This document shows positions 38,384 through 51,270 of a stretch of 64,000 bases of DNA, one piece after another. The translations under genes and the position numbers were made by a program. Numbering within the stretch: position 1 is the first letter of the stretch; each line of letters begins with the position of its first letter. This DNA comes from Antedon mediterranea (taxonomy: Eukaryota; Animalia; Echinodermata), in contig NC_092679.1 in the NCBI RefSeq assembly GCF_964355755.1, positions 22,799,432-22,863,431 of the forward strand, given 5' to 3'. Under the pieces are notes generated by a model. It saw only the letters and a program-made list of their open reading frames with translations. It did no database searches and was not told the DNA's origin.

Positions 38384-39337
38384 GCGATTTTTTTTTTCGT
38401 ACATAAGTTGGGGACCCCTTCATGAAACGTCACAAAATAAACATGAATAATTCATCAGTTAAATTTTCTTGTTCCATGTGCACCCAAGCGTATAGCAACA
38501 AGAAGTGATTACACAATACATTACAACTGCGACACGATTCTAGGCCTATCTCCGCTGTGGTTGCGGCGTGCGATTTCATAGAAGAATAGCGTCGTTTTGT
38601 GTGGATTGTCGAAATAATCAGCCTTTGGTTTATGGTGTTTTTAATATAATTTATTAATAAAAAAATTACGTTATAAAATTATAGTTTCTATTAATACTAT
38701 TAGGCCTAATTATTAAATATTAGTCTCTAAACCCATTTCTATTCTAGGCCTAGTAGTAGCTGTGTGGTGTGTGTGACGTGTGTGTGTTAGGTATGACACA
38801 GTCCCAGTAATAAGTCAGCAAAATTAAACAATAAACATTACACAAAAATACATTTTTTATTCTCGTGAGTCTAATCTTCCCATCTCATGTGTTCATATTA
38901 TACGCGCATTTTTAAAAGTTCCTTTGAGTACATGCATATTGTTTGATAATAAAATAGCAGAATTAAAAAATTACAGTACACAAATTATATACATTTTTTA
39001 TTCTTGTGGGTCTAAGCTTTCTTTGGGCTATGTCCAATTAACTACAGTACTTAGTTTAATATCTTGCCTAGCTGTCGATTAGCCTCGACACATTTTGCAT
39101 AGTGGTGTGTGTGTGAAGATTAAGAAGAGTGCGCGAAGGCAATCACGTGAATTGACCTAGAATCCTGGGCCTACTGTAGAAAGAATCGTATCGCAGTTTA
39201 GTTGTGCGTGTAATCACTTCTTGTTGCTATACGCTTGGGTGCACACGGAACAACAAATTTAACTGATGAATTATTCATGTTTATTTTGTGACGTTTCATG
39301 AGGGGGTCCCCAACTTATGTACGAAAAAAAAAATCGC
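38384..39337. mobile_element. Non-autonomous DNA transposon with ~160-bp TIRs (MULE-like)
   Basis: 38384-38540 (GCGATTTTTTTTTCGTACATAAGTTGGGGACCCC...) is inverted at about 39182-39337. Flanks GCCCCGCCC / GCCCGCCCC form an imperfect 9-bp (or exact 6-bp CCCGCC) duplication. Confidence 0.85.
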
Positions 39338-42300
39338 GCCCCGCCCCGTTTCAGTCCTGATTTTAGAAATTTCAATTTAGCAACGAAATAGTAAATAATG
39401 ATCACTGATCCTCAGTACAAGAAAATAAAAAACAATGTTTTAATTTCCATGATGCAAAGTAAATCATAGCGTCAAAACACATACAATTCCGTGACAAGTA
39501 AGTTTAAATTGTTTTAATGAAAGCACAGTGCTCACTTAATTGAAAATAAAGTGCTGCATAGAAAAACATCTGTAATTTGGCCATTTTCCGTAAAGTTGTG
39601 AATTTACGTCAAAAAATCTCTTTGTTTATATTATGTACACGCGAACTTGAATGTTATATCTATGTTGTCGGTAATGTTTGTAGTGTGAATTGTTGGAGAT
39701 TTTCACTTTTGTCATCCGATAAAACACGCAAAACAAACGCCTAATACGAGATGAACGTGAATGTGTACACCGTCGTGGATCATAAACTCCTTACTATGCT
39801 CTCCATCCTGGAAATTGTTCTAATCTATTCTCAATTACTATAATAATTGACACTAATTTTCCTGTTGGGACTAATTCGCTGTCGTCTGCTGCTTCACTTA
39901 TAACCGAACTTTAATGATCTGTACACTGATTCTGTTTAGACAGACTAAGAAATAAAATAATTTTAGAACAACATTTACTAATTAAAATAAGTTTATAAAA
40001 TATTTATATCTTTATGTTTCGGAAACATCATGGAGCATTTGAACAAATAAGTAAATTATACAAAGTAAACATCGAAACGTTGTTCTTGCTGTCGTTATAT
40101 TTTATATTAAACTTAGTATTTACTAAATATATTATCAAACAAACGCATATATAATGAATCATGAAATGGTTGTTGACGAAATAAGCACAATGTTGACGCA
40201 AAAAGCACGATGTTGACGCAATAAGCACGAACGCATGATACTCTTCTAATATTTATACTGAAAACGATTGATTCATAATTGATAAGACTTTGGCTCACAT
40301 TATACTAAGTCAATTGAATCATTGCTGGTTGATAGACGACAAGTAGTGCTATATCGTATATCAGAATCCATTAGTGCTACTTCCATATTAACTATAAATT
40401 AGTAAAAAATCCGTGCTTAGAGTGATATTATATACACTATTGTAAATGTCTTGTTTTATAACGATTCATCTTGCCAAATACTATCTTAAGTAAAAACAAT
40501 ATTCGGTCTGTCATCAGCATGTAATACATATCTGTCACGCGTCAACAAAATAATTACGTTTGTTTCTAGTTGTCAGTATGTCTAAAAGCAAGTGAATGTA
40601 TCCAATGATTGTATATTATAAGAATAACATTCGAAAACAATCGAATTCAAAGTCTAGTATTTCAGTCATGTTGTTGGTTTCAGATGATATCATTTCCAGA
40701 AATTAGGCTATTATTTCAAAAATCTACAAGAAGTATTAATGTAAGATATATTTTTTTAAAAAACAACTAAACATTATCTTCTAAAAATATAATTATGGGG
40801 AATTTGCAGAATATCTTTGATAGAGAGGAGTAAGGACGTGCTTACCTGTATATTCAATTTGTTACCATATTATTTAATTTAAATATAATTATAAACCTGT
40901 AATTTATTATGAATAGTGGTTAATAAGAATAACAAATTAAGCGCTTTGAGCTAAAAAAAAACAGAGGGCGTGTTATTTCATATTTCGGCCTATATTGATG
41001 ATAAAGATAACTCGAGATTTTAAAAAGCATTTTTGAAGTTACCAATATATCGATTTTTTCATAGGCCTGGTATGCAAGTATAATTATTTACACGAATAAA
41101 TTCAGGACAATTAAAAAAATTGTGGACGCTATTGCACAAACAAACATGTCAAGCAAGTACGTTGTGAAAAGTTATTTACGCATGCGTACACAATTATGAT
41201 ATCGGTGCGTGTGTGTACGCATGCTTCAACTTGTAAGCATAAATCTATGTCGTTATTTACATTCATAAACAATCTTGTTACTTCTAATCCCTCCGACAGA
41301 TCCAATCACATTTGCTTAAATTTGAATACGTCTTTTCAAACCGTTACAACCCATATAACGGCATAAATATTTCTTAGAGACTATCAATAATGTTTGTGAG
41401 AACTCCACGGTTCATTAACGTCAAATTGTCATTAAGATTGAGATATCAGAATTTACTGTTTCTGACAGACTGACAGATCTGAATAGATCATGTTGCACTG
41501 CCTGGGGCACACGTTATTTCCATAACTATACCTTTGTATAGTTCAAAGAATAGCCGGCATCAGGTGATTATCAATTTGGTTATTATTTTTTACATGTAAC
41601 TAGATATTTGCCAGTCTGTAATCGATTTGTAAATTAGTTGATATAGCGTTTACTAATTTTAAATCCCTAGAATAATGACTAAACACAAACCAATTTGTTT
41701 GATTATTATAAAGATAAAATTATTACCAACACATAATTATTAACAATTAAACATCCAACATATATAATATATTTTTTAATTGTCGATGTTAACATACAAA
41801 TACTGTAATTGTTTACAATTTTTACATTTTTGAATATTGTTTTATATATTTTCAAAAATAGCCTACAGCTTTTAAGACAAATAAAGTAAAAACATATATT
41901 TAAAGTAACCATAAATTATTTTTTGTTACACAATGAATGAATTATTCTTGGCATTTGATTGCTTGAATTTGCATCACATTTTACACTGTCGACTGGGAAG
42001 TAACATTTTTAGAGAATTGTGTGCATTGGAAGCTGTTTCTATACCTAAATGTTATCTAAATTATTACGAGGTTTTTTTAATTTGTTAAATTTTCAATTTT
42101 CTTGATATTTGTTCACACTATCAACATATGCTCGTCCAAAAGAATATGTCTATTGAGTTTATATCATTGATACGTGCGGTTGTCTCTGGTGGTTTTTGTA
42201 ATTATTTTGTTAACTTTGACAGCAAATCATTATAATTGAAAGCGACAAATTCAGTTAATTGACGAGATTATTTATATCAACCAAATTAATTCGAACCGTC

Positions 42301-43301
42301 ATTCCAATCACTAATTAGGTCATTAATTTTTTTATGAGATCCTAATGATTCGCCAACTAAAGATATGTTAGCTGTTGTTAATAATAAATTTACTATACGG
42401 ATATTTAATTCATTAAGTTGTTGAGTTTTCCAGATTTAACGTTTTCATCACTTTGGTACAAGAGAGAAATTAATGATATAGAAGTTAAATTGAGATATTA
42501 TTATTCTATACTGACACCTGTCGATAATAGATAAATACCGAATGCAGAACACATCTACTGTTCTAGAGTAAATTTGTTTTTCAATTAGTCAGCCGATTCC
42601 ATCTTGAATCGAATGTCGAAGGCTAGGCGTTTGGATTTTTGCCACGGGAGCAGATTTATTATAGACGGCGCACTCTACAGATGGGGTTTCCATCGCGCGC
42701 AATATTCAAGCCTATCGCACTGCATATAAATTGAAATGTTTTAAACTAGAAGTAGCGGTCTACAAAGTAGGTATACTAATCGTTAAAAATGGAAAGTACT
42801 GCACATCACGTGATTGAATCAACCAATCAGATGACAAAGTACAATGACGTGGTTTATAACAAATCATTACATTGATTGATTGATAACTGAAATAGACATG
42901 AGTCTAAATCTCTTTGGATAAAGATGATGTGAGGTGTACAGGGCAACAAGGAGTTGGCTAAATCTACTTAATTTAACGTAACAGACTGTTTTATAACAGG
43001 CTTACTATGTCTTCTTTAAATTGATTCAAAGAGAACTTTTTATTCACAATTTTCTACGAACTATGGTACATTTATACAAATAATAAACATATACATTAAT
43101 AGGGAGAATGATTAGAATATTCTATTAAATAATGTGGAGCTGAGTTGAATAACGCACCTAAACAGTTCTAAAGCAAACTTGCAGTCAACTGATTCATTGC
43201 TTCCATTTTAATCAATGTTGAAGGCACACAGTCAATTCAATACATTTTGTATATCATTTCTGATAAAATAATGACTAAATAACGCCGTAGTTGGCAGCAC
43301 C

Positions 43302-43750
43302 AATAATAATAATAATAATAATAATAAATAATATATTTATACAGGATAAAACAATCAGATAACAGTGTATCTGTTTTACATTGTGGTCCTGTCTTAATCA
43401 AAATATACAAAAGAGAAACTTAATTAAATATAATACATGTCAGTTTTTTATGAAAAGAAATGAGATTTGTATCTAGCCTTAAAGGACGTAATTGTTGGTG
43501 CCGATTTAATATTAATTGGTAAATTGTTCCATATTTTTGCGCCTGCAACTTTAAAGGACGAATTCATTTTACTAAGGGTGTATTTAGGTATTGTTACATT
43601 CAAATTTTCTACTCCACGTGTTAAGTGGGTGTGAATATCGCGAATCAATTCAATTTCATTTACTAATCTAATTGGTGCAAGGCCGTAAACACATTTATAC
43701 ATTAGACATGCTAGGGAGAAATCTCGTTTCTCTTCAATATGACGTGACAC
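43302..43750 (-). mobile_element. Short 3' fragment of a CR1/L2-group LINE
   Basis: ORF 43448-43750: LMYKCVYGLAP...SFKVAGAKIWNNLPINIKSAPTITSFKARYK (conserved ORF2 C-terminus), then 3' UTR and a (TTA)n tail at 43302-43326. Confidence 0.85.
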
Positions 43751-44904
43751 TTAGGGCAGAAACATATAGTTGAAAAGTGTAACATCGAAGTCCACAGCAA
43801 ATAGGGGCGACATTGTTTGTGTATGCGCTAAACAAATACATTAACATTATGTTGCACTTACAGAACTTTATTTTAAAAATCGGATGTATATGTTGGGTAG
43901 AGGATAGAGATTAAGGAAATTGATTCTTGTAGACTCAATAAGGAAAGTTAAGCAGATGTTCATCTCTCATAAACGAAGATATAGCGACAACATTTCAATG
44001 ATAATAGTTACCGCTTACCGTTGTTCATACAACTCAACAGCTACAATTCAATCCGAATTGAGAGAGTGAGATCAGCAAAACAATAAAATGTATTGTCCTC
44101 CACACCCCATTTTTAGTTATTCATTTCCATATTCACTTCCAAAGAAAAAAAAGATTTCACTTATTATGAAAAGACAAAATAATCCGGTAACTTTAACAAA
44201 AAACCTATTGTCTGGACAACTGGACTATTGTTTTTTTGAACAAGTTTCTTAATTTCTCAAATCGAATATACAGAATAAAACTTCTCCTCACCATTTTTTT
44301 AAAGAATATATGTATTTATTTTTTCAAAAAAAGATATACATAATAGAGAGGGCGTAGTTGATTCGTGAACAAATAAATCTCTGCTCTTTCGTCTCTTTAA
44401 AGAAAACCAAAGAAACTAAATCTATTTTCAATCGCAGAATTTATATTTGTTGTAAATTTTAGAAACAATGATACATTGAAATAAATAAGAATTGTTTTTA
44501 TTATCCAATTCCAAGCGAATTCCATTAGAAGTCCCGAAATAAAAAGTTTCTTTTTGTCACTTTAAGATATTGAAAATATATTACAATATCAGGTGAATGA
44601 TAAAAATGATGTATAGTACGAATAATTAGAATTACACTTAACTTGCAGAATTCGGCCCAAGGGGCTTAAAACAGATTGATCATACTCTTACCAATTACAT
44701 TCGGATCTTATTTCGTCAATTTAAATATACTTGTTTGCTCTGTATTGTATAGTGTTGAAGAGCTATTTTGCACATTGTTTGAAACTACCAATAATAAAGG
44801 AAGATTTAAATTTAGAAAAATGTATTTAAGAGCGTATAGATCTATTTTTAGATTATATAGAACATGCTATTATTATACAGTACTATAATATTAACTAAGA
44901 GTAA

Positions 44905-45038
44905 AGCTCTGTCTACACTATACAACTTTATGTGATAAAAAAATGTGGTGTGCCCATATATGGACATACCATTATATTTGGGCACATCACATTTTTTTGT
45001 CAAATTAATTTGATAGTGTAGACAGTGTAGACAGAGCT
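44905..45038. mobile_element. Small palindromic MITE (Harbinger-like); partial second copy at about 45068-45150
   Basis: TIRs AGCTCTGTCTACACT / AGTGTAGACAGAGCT flanked by TAA and TTA. Internal inverted TGTGCCCATATAT / ATATTTGGGCACA. Confidence 0.8.
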
Positions 45039-47562
45039 TTAGTTTACTATAGACATTTTATGAGCGGGTGTGTCTGTTATTCATACCACTACCATATTTG
45101 GGTACATCACACTTTTTTGTCACATACAGTTTGATAGAGCAGACTGAGCTTAATAGAATGAGGACAAATCTACTTGTAAGAAAATCCCGTTTGCATTTTC
45201 TTCTCAGTATTTACCCTAAAAGAATGTTCCTTATTTTGTTACATTTTCAGAAATGTACGTTTAAATATGAAATGTGCCAAAGGGGTGTTTTATCTACGAA
45301 TATAGGCCGATTTAACTTTTCACTACAAATAAGACTGAAATGTCCTGTTAATACTAGAAAGTTCTAAATATTACAGAACAGCGACTGGAGTATTACTAAA
45401 AACGTCACAAAACAATTAAAATGCCCTTTACTACAGGAAAATAGCAAAATCAGAATAGCTGCTAAATATCTACTACTGATGGAAAATGCGGCAAGAGCTA
45501 CATGTTACTAGGGCTACTAAGGTGGAAAGAGTGTAGCACAGCCAAGTATCATGTCACTCAATTATATAGAATGTCGCAAAACAGCTAGATAGGCTTAAAA
45601 CAAACAAGGCGGCAACTAATGGACAACGTGGTAATGGTTCAGAAGATCAAAATATTAGAAATGTCAAATAAACCAAGAAAGGGTAAAATTACTCTTATTT
45701 CACTCTTCCCTGAATAAACCAATTATCCCGCCACTGCCGCTACCGCTGCCACCACTACATGCCAAATGGGACTGCTGACTGTTGTAGTTACAGTAATCGT
45801 ATTACTTTAGCAGTCCCTGACTAATTTCATCTTTGTACATTGTATATTATTTTTTGTTGGTCAAATAAATAAATGAAATGAAATGTCACAGGAATGCAGA
45901 TCAGAGAAGATCCTGCTATTAGACTAGAAAATCAATCCAGATGAACTAACTTTACATTGCCACTAATACTACAACATGTCGCATAACTTCAGAACACATA
46001 ATCTTGCATCTACTTATCCTATAAACTGGAGCCAAACTTTTACATTGCCCTAAGATGAACATGTATAGTGGGTATCAATCGACTGCAAAATACTCTACAA
46101 TGGCTGATATTATACTTGGATTTTGACGTTTGATTTACGCATTTGTCTAACATACACGAATCTGAATCTAACCATGGTTTTATTTTCATCTTTATGGGCA
46201 CGTATTTATTATACCTCGAATATCAAATTCCATAGCGTTATTAGCAATGGCGGATATGAATCAATGTATTGTTATATTATCATTATTAAATCATCGTAAT
46301 GTTTTACAGTTTAACAACACATGGTGGTAATATATTTTCATAATTACAAATTAGGACGTTTTCTACATACCTTTTACATATTTTACGTTAAAAAAAATAC
46401 AGTTTGCTAATGAAAATTTCGACCTGGTATTTTGTATCAAAAAGCTAACGTTACGAGAATCTAGGGTTATTTTACCCATTAGAGACAGGCATATAGAATT
46501 AATGGCAAACGATATGAACGTTTTTCCAGCGATCAAGTTGCGAATATTCTAAAGTTAAATATGCATATAAAAAGCGACACATTTTTTCAAATAAAGCTGG
46601 TCAGTTGAAACATTGATGTTTGCTGCATGTCTCTGATAAGAGCTACTATTTTTAGCTATCGTCAATATACGCTTTGGAAATGTTTAACTGATAAAAGTTA
46701 TTACTAAAATTCTGCACGATAGTAATTCATCATGTGATATTTCAAGCTTTCGAGATGTGAGAGCAAAATACAAAGTAGTTCGTCTATGTGTGTGAGTTTG
46801 TTTTAATAAGCAATTGCAATTAACGAAGTAATACGTTACGTTTGACGGTATAATGAAGGAGAGTCTTAGCTAGGCTGTTCTCGTCGAATAAACATAGTTT
46901 TTAATTGGGAACACCGTATATTAAACACGATTTTGGTAATTGCGAACATATTGGCTTTTGTAACGTATTATTCTTGATACTGTACATGGTTACTTTTTCT
47001 GTACAAGATAGTTATCTTAGAGGGTTCAGTACACACATAGGCCAATTATTTACAAAACACGAGACAATCTCCTAATCATTTCGAATAGTATATACCAAGT
47101 TCGTTAGCTTGTGCCGTATATGATCAATGTATATACACGGGACATCCAGTCCCCGAAGTTTCCCGTTAGTATTAAATACATAAATGTGCCGCTTTCTCTT
47201 GATGGATTTGTGTATTTTTCCATTTTATTTCACCCACCGATTGTTCGTAGACCTACTGTTTTAAATTTGTTTCTTTAAAAGCAAGTTCCATGATATAGCT
47301 TCGCACACCATCTCAATGTATTAGAGATTTGCCTATCACAAGATAGACCGGGAGAATCGGACATTTTACGGCAACAGAAACGCCCAACTTTTTCTCCATG
47401 CAGAATTCACCGATTTAACGTGATAGATTAGAAATGTTACCCTTTAGCAACAGTGGTGGCGCCAGCGGGGGGGCTACGGGGGCTGTATCCCCCTCGTCGG
47501 GGAGCCTAGCCCCCACGTCGGGGAACGCGAGTACTTTTCGTCGGGGAATATAATATAAAGTA

Positions 47563-49887
47563 TTTTTTGCAAGAATTACAAAGTAATCAGTGGAATGATG
47601 TGCTATTCTCAAATAATGCGAATGTTGCTTATCAAAATTTTACAAACACTTTAAATAAAACAATTGATAATTGTTTCCCTTTAAAACGAATTAGAAATAA
47701 GGCGAACAAGTTAAAATCTCCTTGGATCACAGCTGAAATTGCCAGAGCTATCTCTCAAAAACATAAATTATATAAAAAGTACAAACAAAATAACACCACT
47801 ACTAATAAAAGTACGTACATACATTTTAGAAACAAGTTAACCACTACTATTAGAAATCGGAAAAAAGAATATTATATGGTCCAGTTTGAACGAAATAAAC
47901 AAGATATTAAAAAAACGTGGACAATCCTAAATGATATAATGGGTAGGAAAAAGACTACCAATTTGCCTACAAAAATAAAATTGGGTACTGAGACTTTCTC
48001 TGATAATGATGAGAAAGCTGATGCATTCAACTCTTTTTTTATTAATATTGGAGAAAAACTAAATAATAAATTTAGGCATGAATCTCAAAATGAAGAAATC
48101 ACCCACAGAACTTTCTTAAAGGGAAATTTTACCTCTTCAATGTTTTTTAAGCCTGTTACTGAACATGAACTTAACCACTATATTAAAAACACAAAGAATA
48201 CTTCTCCTGGCCATGATGGTATAAGTGCCCAACTCATAAAATCTGCTTCCCCGTTTATTTTAAAACCTTTATTGCATATTATTAATACGTCATTATCATC
48301 GGGCTGTGTCCCGGCTGATATAAAAATTGCTAAAGTTATCCCGGTATTTAAGAATGGTGACATCTCCGATATAAATAATTATCGGCCTATTTCCATTTTA
48401 CCCCTTTTTTCCAAAATATTTGAGAGGATTGTGTATGATCAAACGATTTGTTACCTCTCAAAATATAACGTACTGAGTAAAACACAGTATGGATTTAGAC
48501 AACACCATTCAACTAGTCATGCTTTAATACAATCGATTGAAAAAATCACAAACGCTATTGAGAATAAAGAGTTCACACTAGGAGTTTTCCTTGATTTATC
48601 AAAAGCGTTTGATACAATCGATCATGATATATTATTAGATAAGTTAAGATTTTATGGTATAAGAGGAGTTCCGCTAAACTGGTTCTCAAACTATCTTAAA
48701 AAAAGACTACAATACACATTTATTGTTAATACTGCATCTAGTAAAATGAGAGTAAACACTGGAGTTCCTCAGGGATCCATATTGGGTCCATTATTATTTC
48801 TTATATTCATTAATGATATTAGTCTAGCATGTAACCATGTAGACATGATTATGTATGCAGATGACACAAATGTGTTTTATAGTCACAATGATATTACTCA
48901 AGCTTTTGATACAATGAACCAGGAGTTATCTATACTTTCGGACTGGTTTATTGCTAACAAATTAACGCTAAATGTAAACAAATCAAAATATGTTATATTT
49001 AAGGCTAGAAATAAGTCAGCTGACACTACCTCACTAGAATTGAGGATGGGAAATGAATGTATAGTAAAAGCTACTGAAGTTAAATTTCTAGGCTTATTTC
49101 TGGATGAAACTTTATCGTTTAATTTTCATGTAAATGAGGTAGCAAACAGTATTTCTAGAATAATTGGTGTCTTAAACAAAGTGAAGTCTATGTTATCAAG
49201 TAAAATCTTGTTAACGGTATACAATGCACTTATATTACCTAGAATAACGTATGCTATCACAGTATGGGGTGCTACTTCTGCTACAAACTTAAACCGTATA
49301 CATATTCTCCAGAAAAAAGCACTTAGAAATATTTGTCATGTTCATTTTATGCATCCTTCTCATCCACTTTTTATTTCAACCCAAACATTAAATATTTTTG
49401 ACCTTTATACAAAACACACTGCTATATTTATGTATCAATATAAACATAATCTATTACCTGAATCATTTAATAACTTATTTAGTACATCTGCCTCATTCCA
49501 TAATTACTCAACTAGAAACAGGTCAAACTACTGTCCACAACTAAAACGCACCAAAGTCGGACAGCAATGTATTTCCTACCAAGGAACACATATTTGGAAC
49601 AATTTAACAGACTATATAAAACAATCCCCCACTTTAAGTTTGTTTAAACAGAGATTAAAGCAATATTATAACAATAGAAATATTTAAGTTAAGTAAATAA
49701 CATTATGTTATTTTGGTTTGTTCTTTTTGTTTGTACTAATTGTTTGATTTTTTTGTTAGGGTTACATGCTTAAAGCACTTGTGCTTATTTTGTATCCCAT
49801 TCCATTATCTTATTATTTGTATTGTATTTGTATATGTTTTTATTTTGATTATGGAATAAAAATGTCGATGAAATTGAAATTGAATTG
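47563..49887 (+). mobile_element. 5'-truncated CR1/L2-group (L2/Crack/Daphne-like) LINE
   Basis: RT ORF, T-rich 3' UTR, AATAAA and a (GAAATT)n-like tail. Candidate TSD AAAGTA at 47557-47562 and 49888-49893. Confidence 0.9.
47567..49687 (+). CDS. LINE ORF2 reverse transcriptase, N-terminally truncated (no endonuclease domain, no true start)
   Basis: 706 uninterrupted codons with SPWIT, SPGHDGI, NYRPISILPLFSKIFE, QYGFR, LDLSKAFDTIDH, GVPQGSILGPLLF, YADDT, KFLG and IWNNL. Confidence 0.93.
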   Translation: MQELQSNQWNDVLFSNNANVAYQNFTNTLNKTIDNCFPLKRIRNKANKLKSPWITAEIARAISQKHKLYKKYKQNNTTTNKSTYIHFRNKLTTTIRNRKKEYYMVQFERNKQDIKKTWTILNDIMGRKKTTNLPTKIKLGTETFSDNDEKADAFNSFFINIGEKLNNKFRHESQNEEITHRTFLKGNFTSSMFFKPVTEHELNHYIKNTKNTSPGHDGISAQLIKSASPFILKPLLHIINTSLSSGCVPADIKIAKVIPVFKNGDISDINNYRPISILPLFSKIFERIVYDQTICYLSKYNVLSKTQYGFRQHHSTSHALIQSIEKITNAIENKEFTLGVFLDLSKAFDTIDHDILLDKLRFYGIRGVPLNWFSNYLKKRLQYTFIVNTASSKMRVNTGVPQGSILGPLLFLIFINDISLACNHVDMIMYADDTNVFYSHNDITQAFDTMNQELSILSDWFIANKLTLNVNKSKYVIFKARNKSADTTSLELRMGNECIVKATEVKFLGLFLDETLSFNFHVNEVANSISRIIGVLNKVKSMLSSKILLTVYNALILPRITYAITVWGATSATNLNRIHILQKKALRNICHVHFMHPSHPLFISTQTLNIFDLYTKHTAIFMYQYKHNLLPESFNNLFSTSASFHNYSTRNRSNYCPQLKRTKVGQQCISYQGTHIWNNLTDYIKQSPTLSLFKQRLKQYYNNRNI

Positions 49888-50529
49888 AAAGTAAAAATAA
49901 TTCGCGTTCACTTCGTAGCTTCAGCACTAGAAAACTGCGAAGTTCCATATTTGTTAAGTACGTCGGAGGGCTATTACACTTTATTATGCATGCATTATTG
50001 CCAGCGATCTAATAAACAATAGGATGCACTTGTCTGGCGGTGTCCCTTTGTACGAATCGTTTAACATTAGGCCCGGCCCATTGCGGCTTACGCGTGATAT
50101 CACGTTCCACCCAGGGACCAGAATGTGTACTGTAGTTACTTTCCAGGCGAAGTTTACTGACGCGTTACGTCGTGTACTGTGTATCGACAGCAAAAGGGTA
50201 CGAATTATCTTCGCGATCTATTTTATTGTTCGTATTTTCAATTTTTTAATTTACGATTACCGTGGGGTACCTGAACCTGAAATAGACGTTTTTTACTGTA
50301 GGCTCGGCCTACATTACTAAACAAAAAACATGCCATTTTCGTTTTAGCCAACATCTTATTATAGCTAAGTTATTACATTTCTAATGTCCTGTATGTCATG
50401 AACTGCTCGTACATCGAAATTCCAGATTCACATCTGGGAAATAAACTGATTTCCCCGACGGAAAATGGTCTACGCTTGTGGACGCATTCCCCTCCAAATA
50501 AAAGGTAAAAAGGGTAACTTGTTTAGGCC

Positions 50530-51270
50530 TCTATGTGTATAGGTGTAATTTTTGAAGACCTGCATCTCTAGTTTTTTTTAAATTGTCTTAGCTCAACCGT
50601 CCCCAATTATAGAGCTGGTCATGTATACTTACCGTACATTTTGTTTAATATTTCGATGTACAATGTACAGTCAGTGCATTGAACCTACAGCTCTATTTTT
50701 TCAATTTTTTTTATATCCATGGTAGGGCTGGTTCTGGAGATGTACCGGTATATATCTTGTTTTATGCTTCGAAGTATAGATAAGTTAAATTTCCGGGATC
50801 TAGCAACTCTATTTTTCAGAATGTTCTTAGCTCCACCCCAACCATGGTGGGCTGGACCTATAATTTCGTTTCATATTTCAATGTTTTACAGGGACCTAGC
50901 AGCTCTATTTTTGACAATTTTCTTAGCTCTGGTTCTGTAGACTTATAATTTCGTTTCATTTATCAATATGATGGGCCTATATAAGTGCAATTTCCAGGTA
51001 CCCAGGTCTATTTTTCACAATTTTCTTAGCAGCTCAACCCTAATGGTAGGGCTGGTCCTGGAGCCTTATATATTTTGTTTCTTTTTTCGAAATACATTAC
51101 TATAATCCAATATCCGGGGACCTAACAACTCTAGTTGTTTAAATGTCCTTAGCTCCATCTCAACCACGATGGGCTTGTTCTCTGATAGACTTGTAATTTA
51201 GTTTTATATATCAATGTATAATTGCAATTTCCGGGGACCTAGCAGCTATATTTTCCAAAATTTTCTTACA
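50530..51270. repeat. Degenerate ~90-120-bp tandem repeats inside the hAT element
   Basis: Recurring GGGACCTAGCAGCTCTATTTTT..AATTTTCTTAGCTC..ATGGT(A/G)GGCTGGT, about 7 copies. Confidence 0.75.

Noticed and set aside
42800-42860. Promoter-like cluster (CACGTG, CCAAT, TGACGT, TTTATAA)
   Set aside because: No downstream gene was identified, and such short motifs also occur in repeats.
34474-44294. Candidate TMEM151 first exons (MHFPSLHWFYIFV|GTAACA near 34475-34518; ATG|GTGAGG near 44292)
   Set aside because: Phase-compatible, but such matches occur by chance and there is no homology support.
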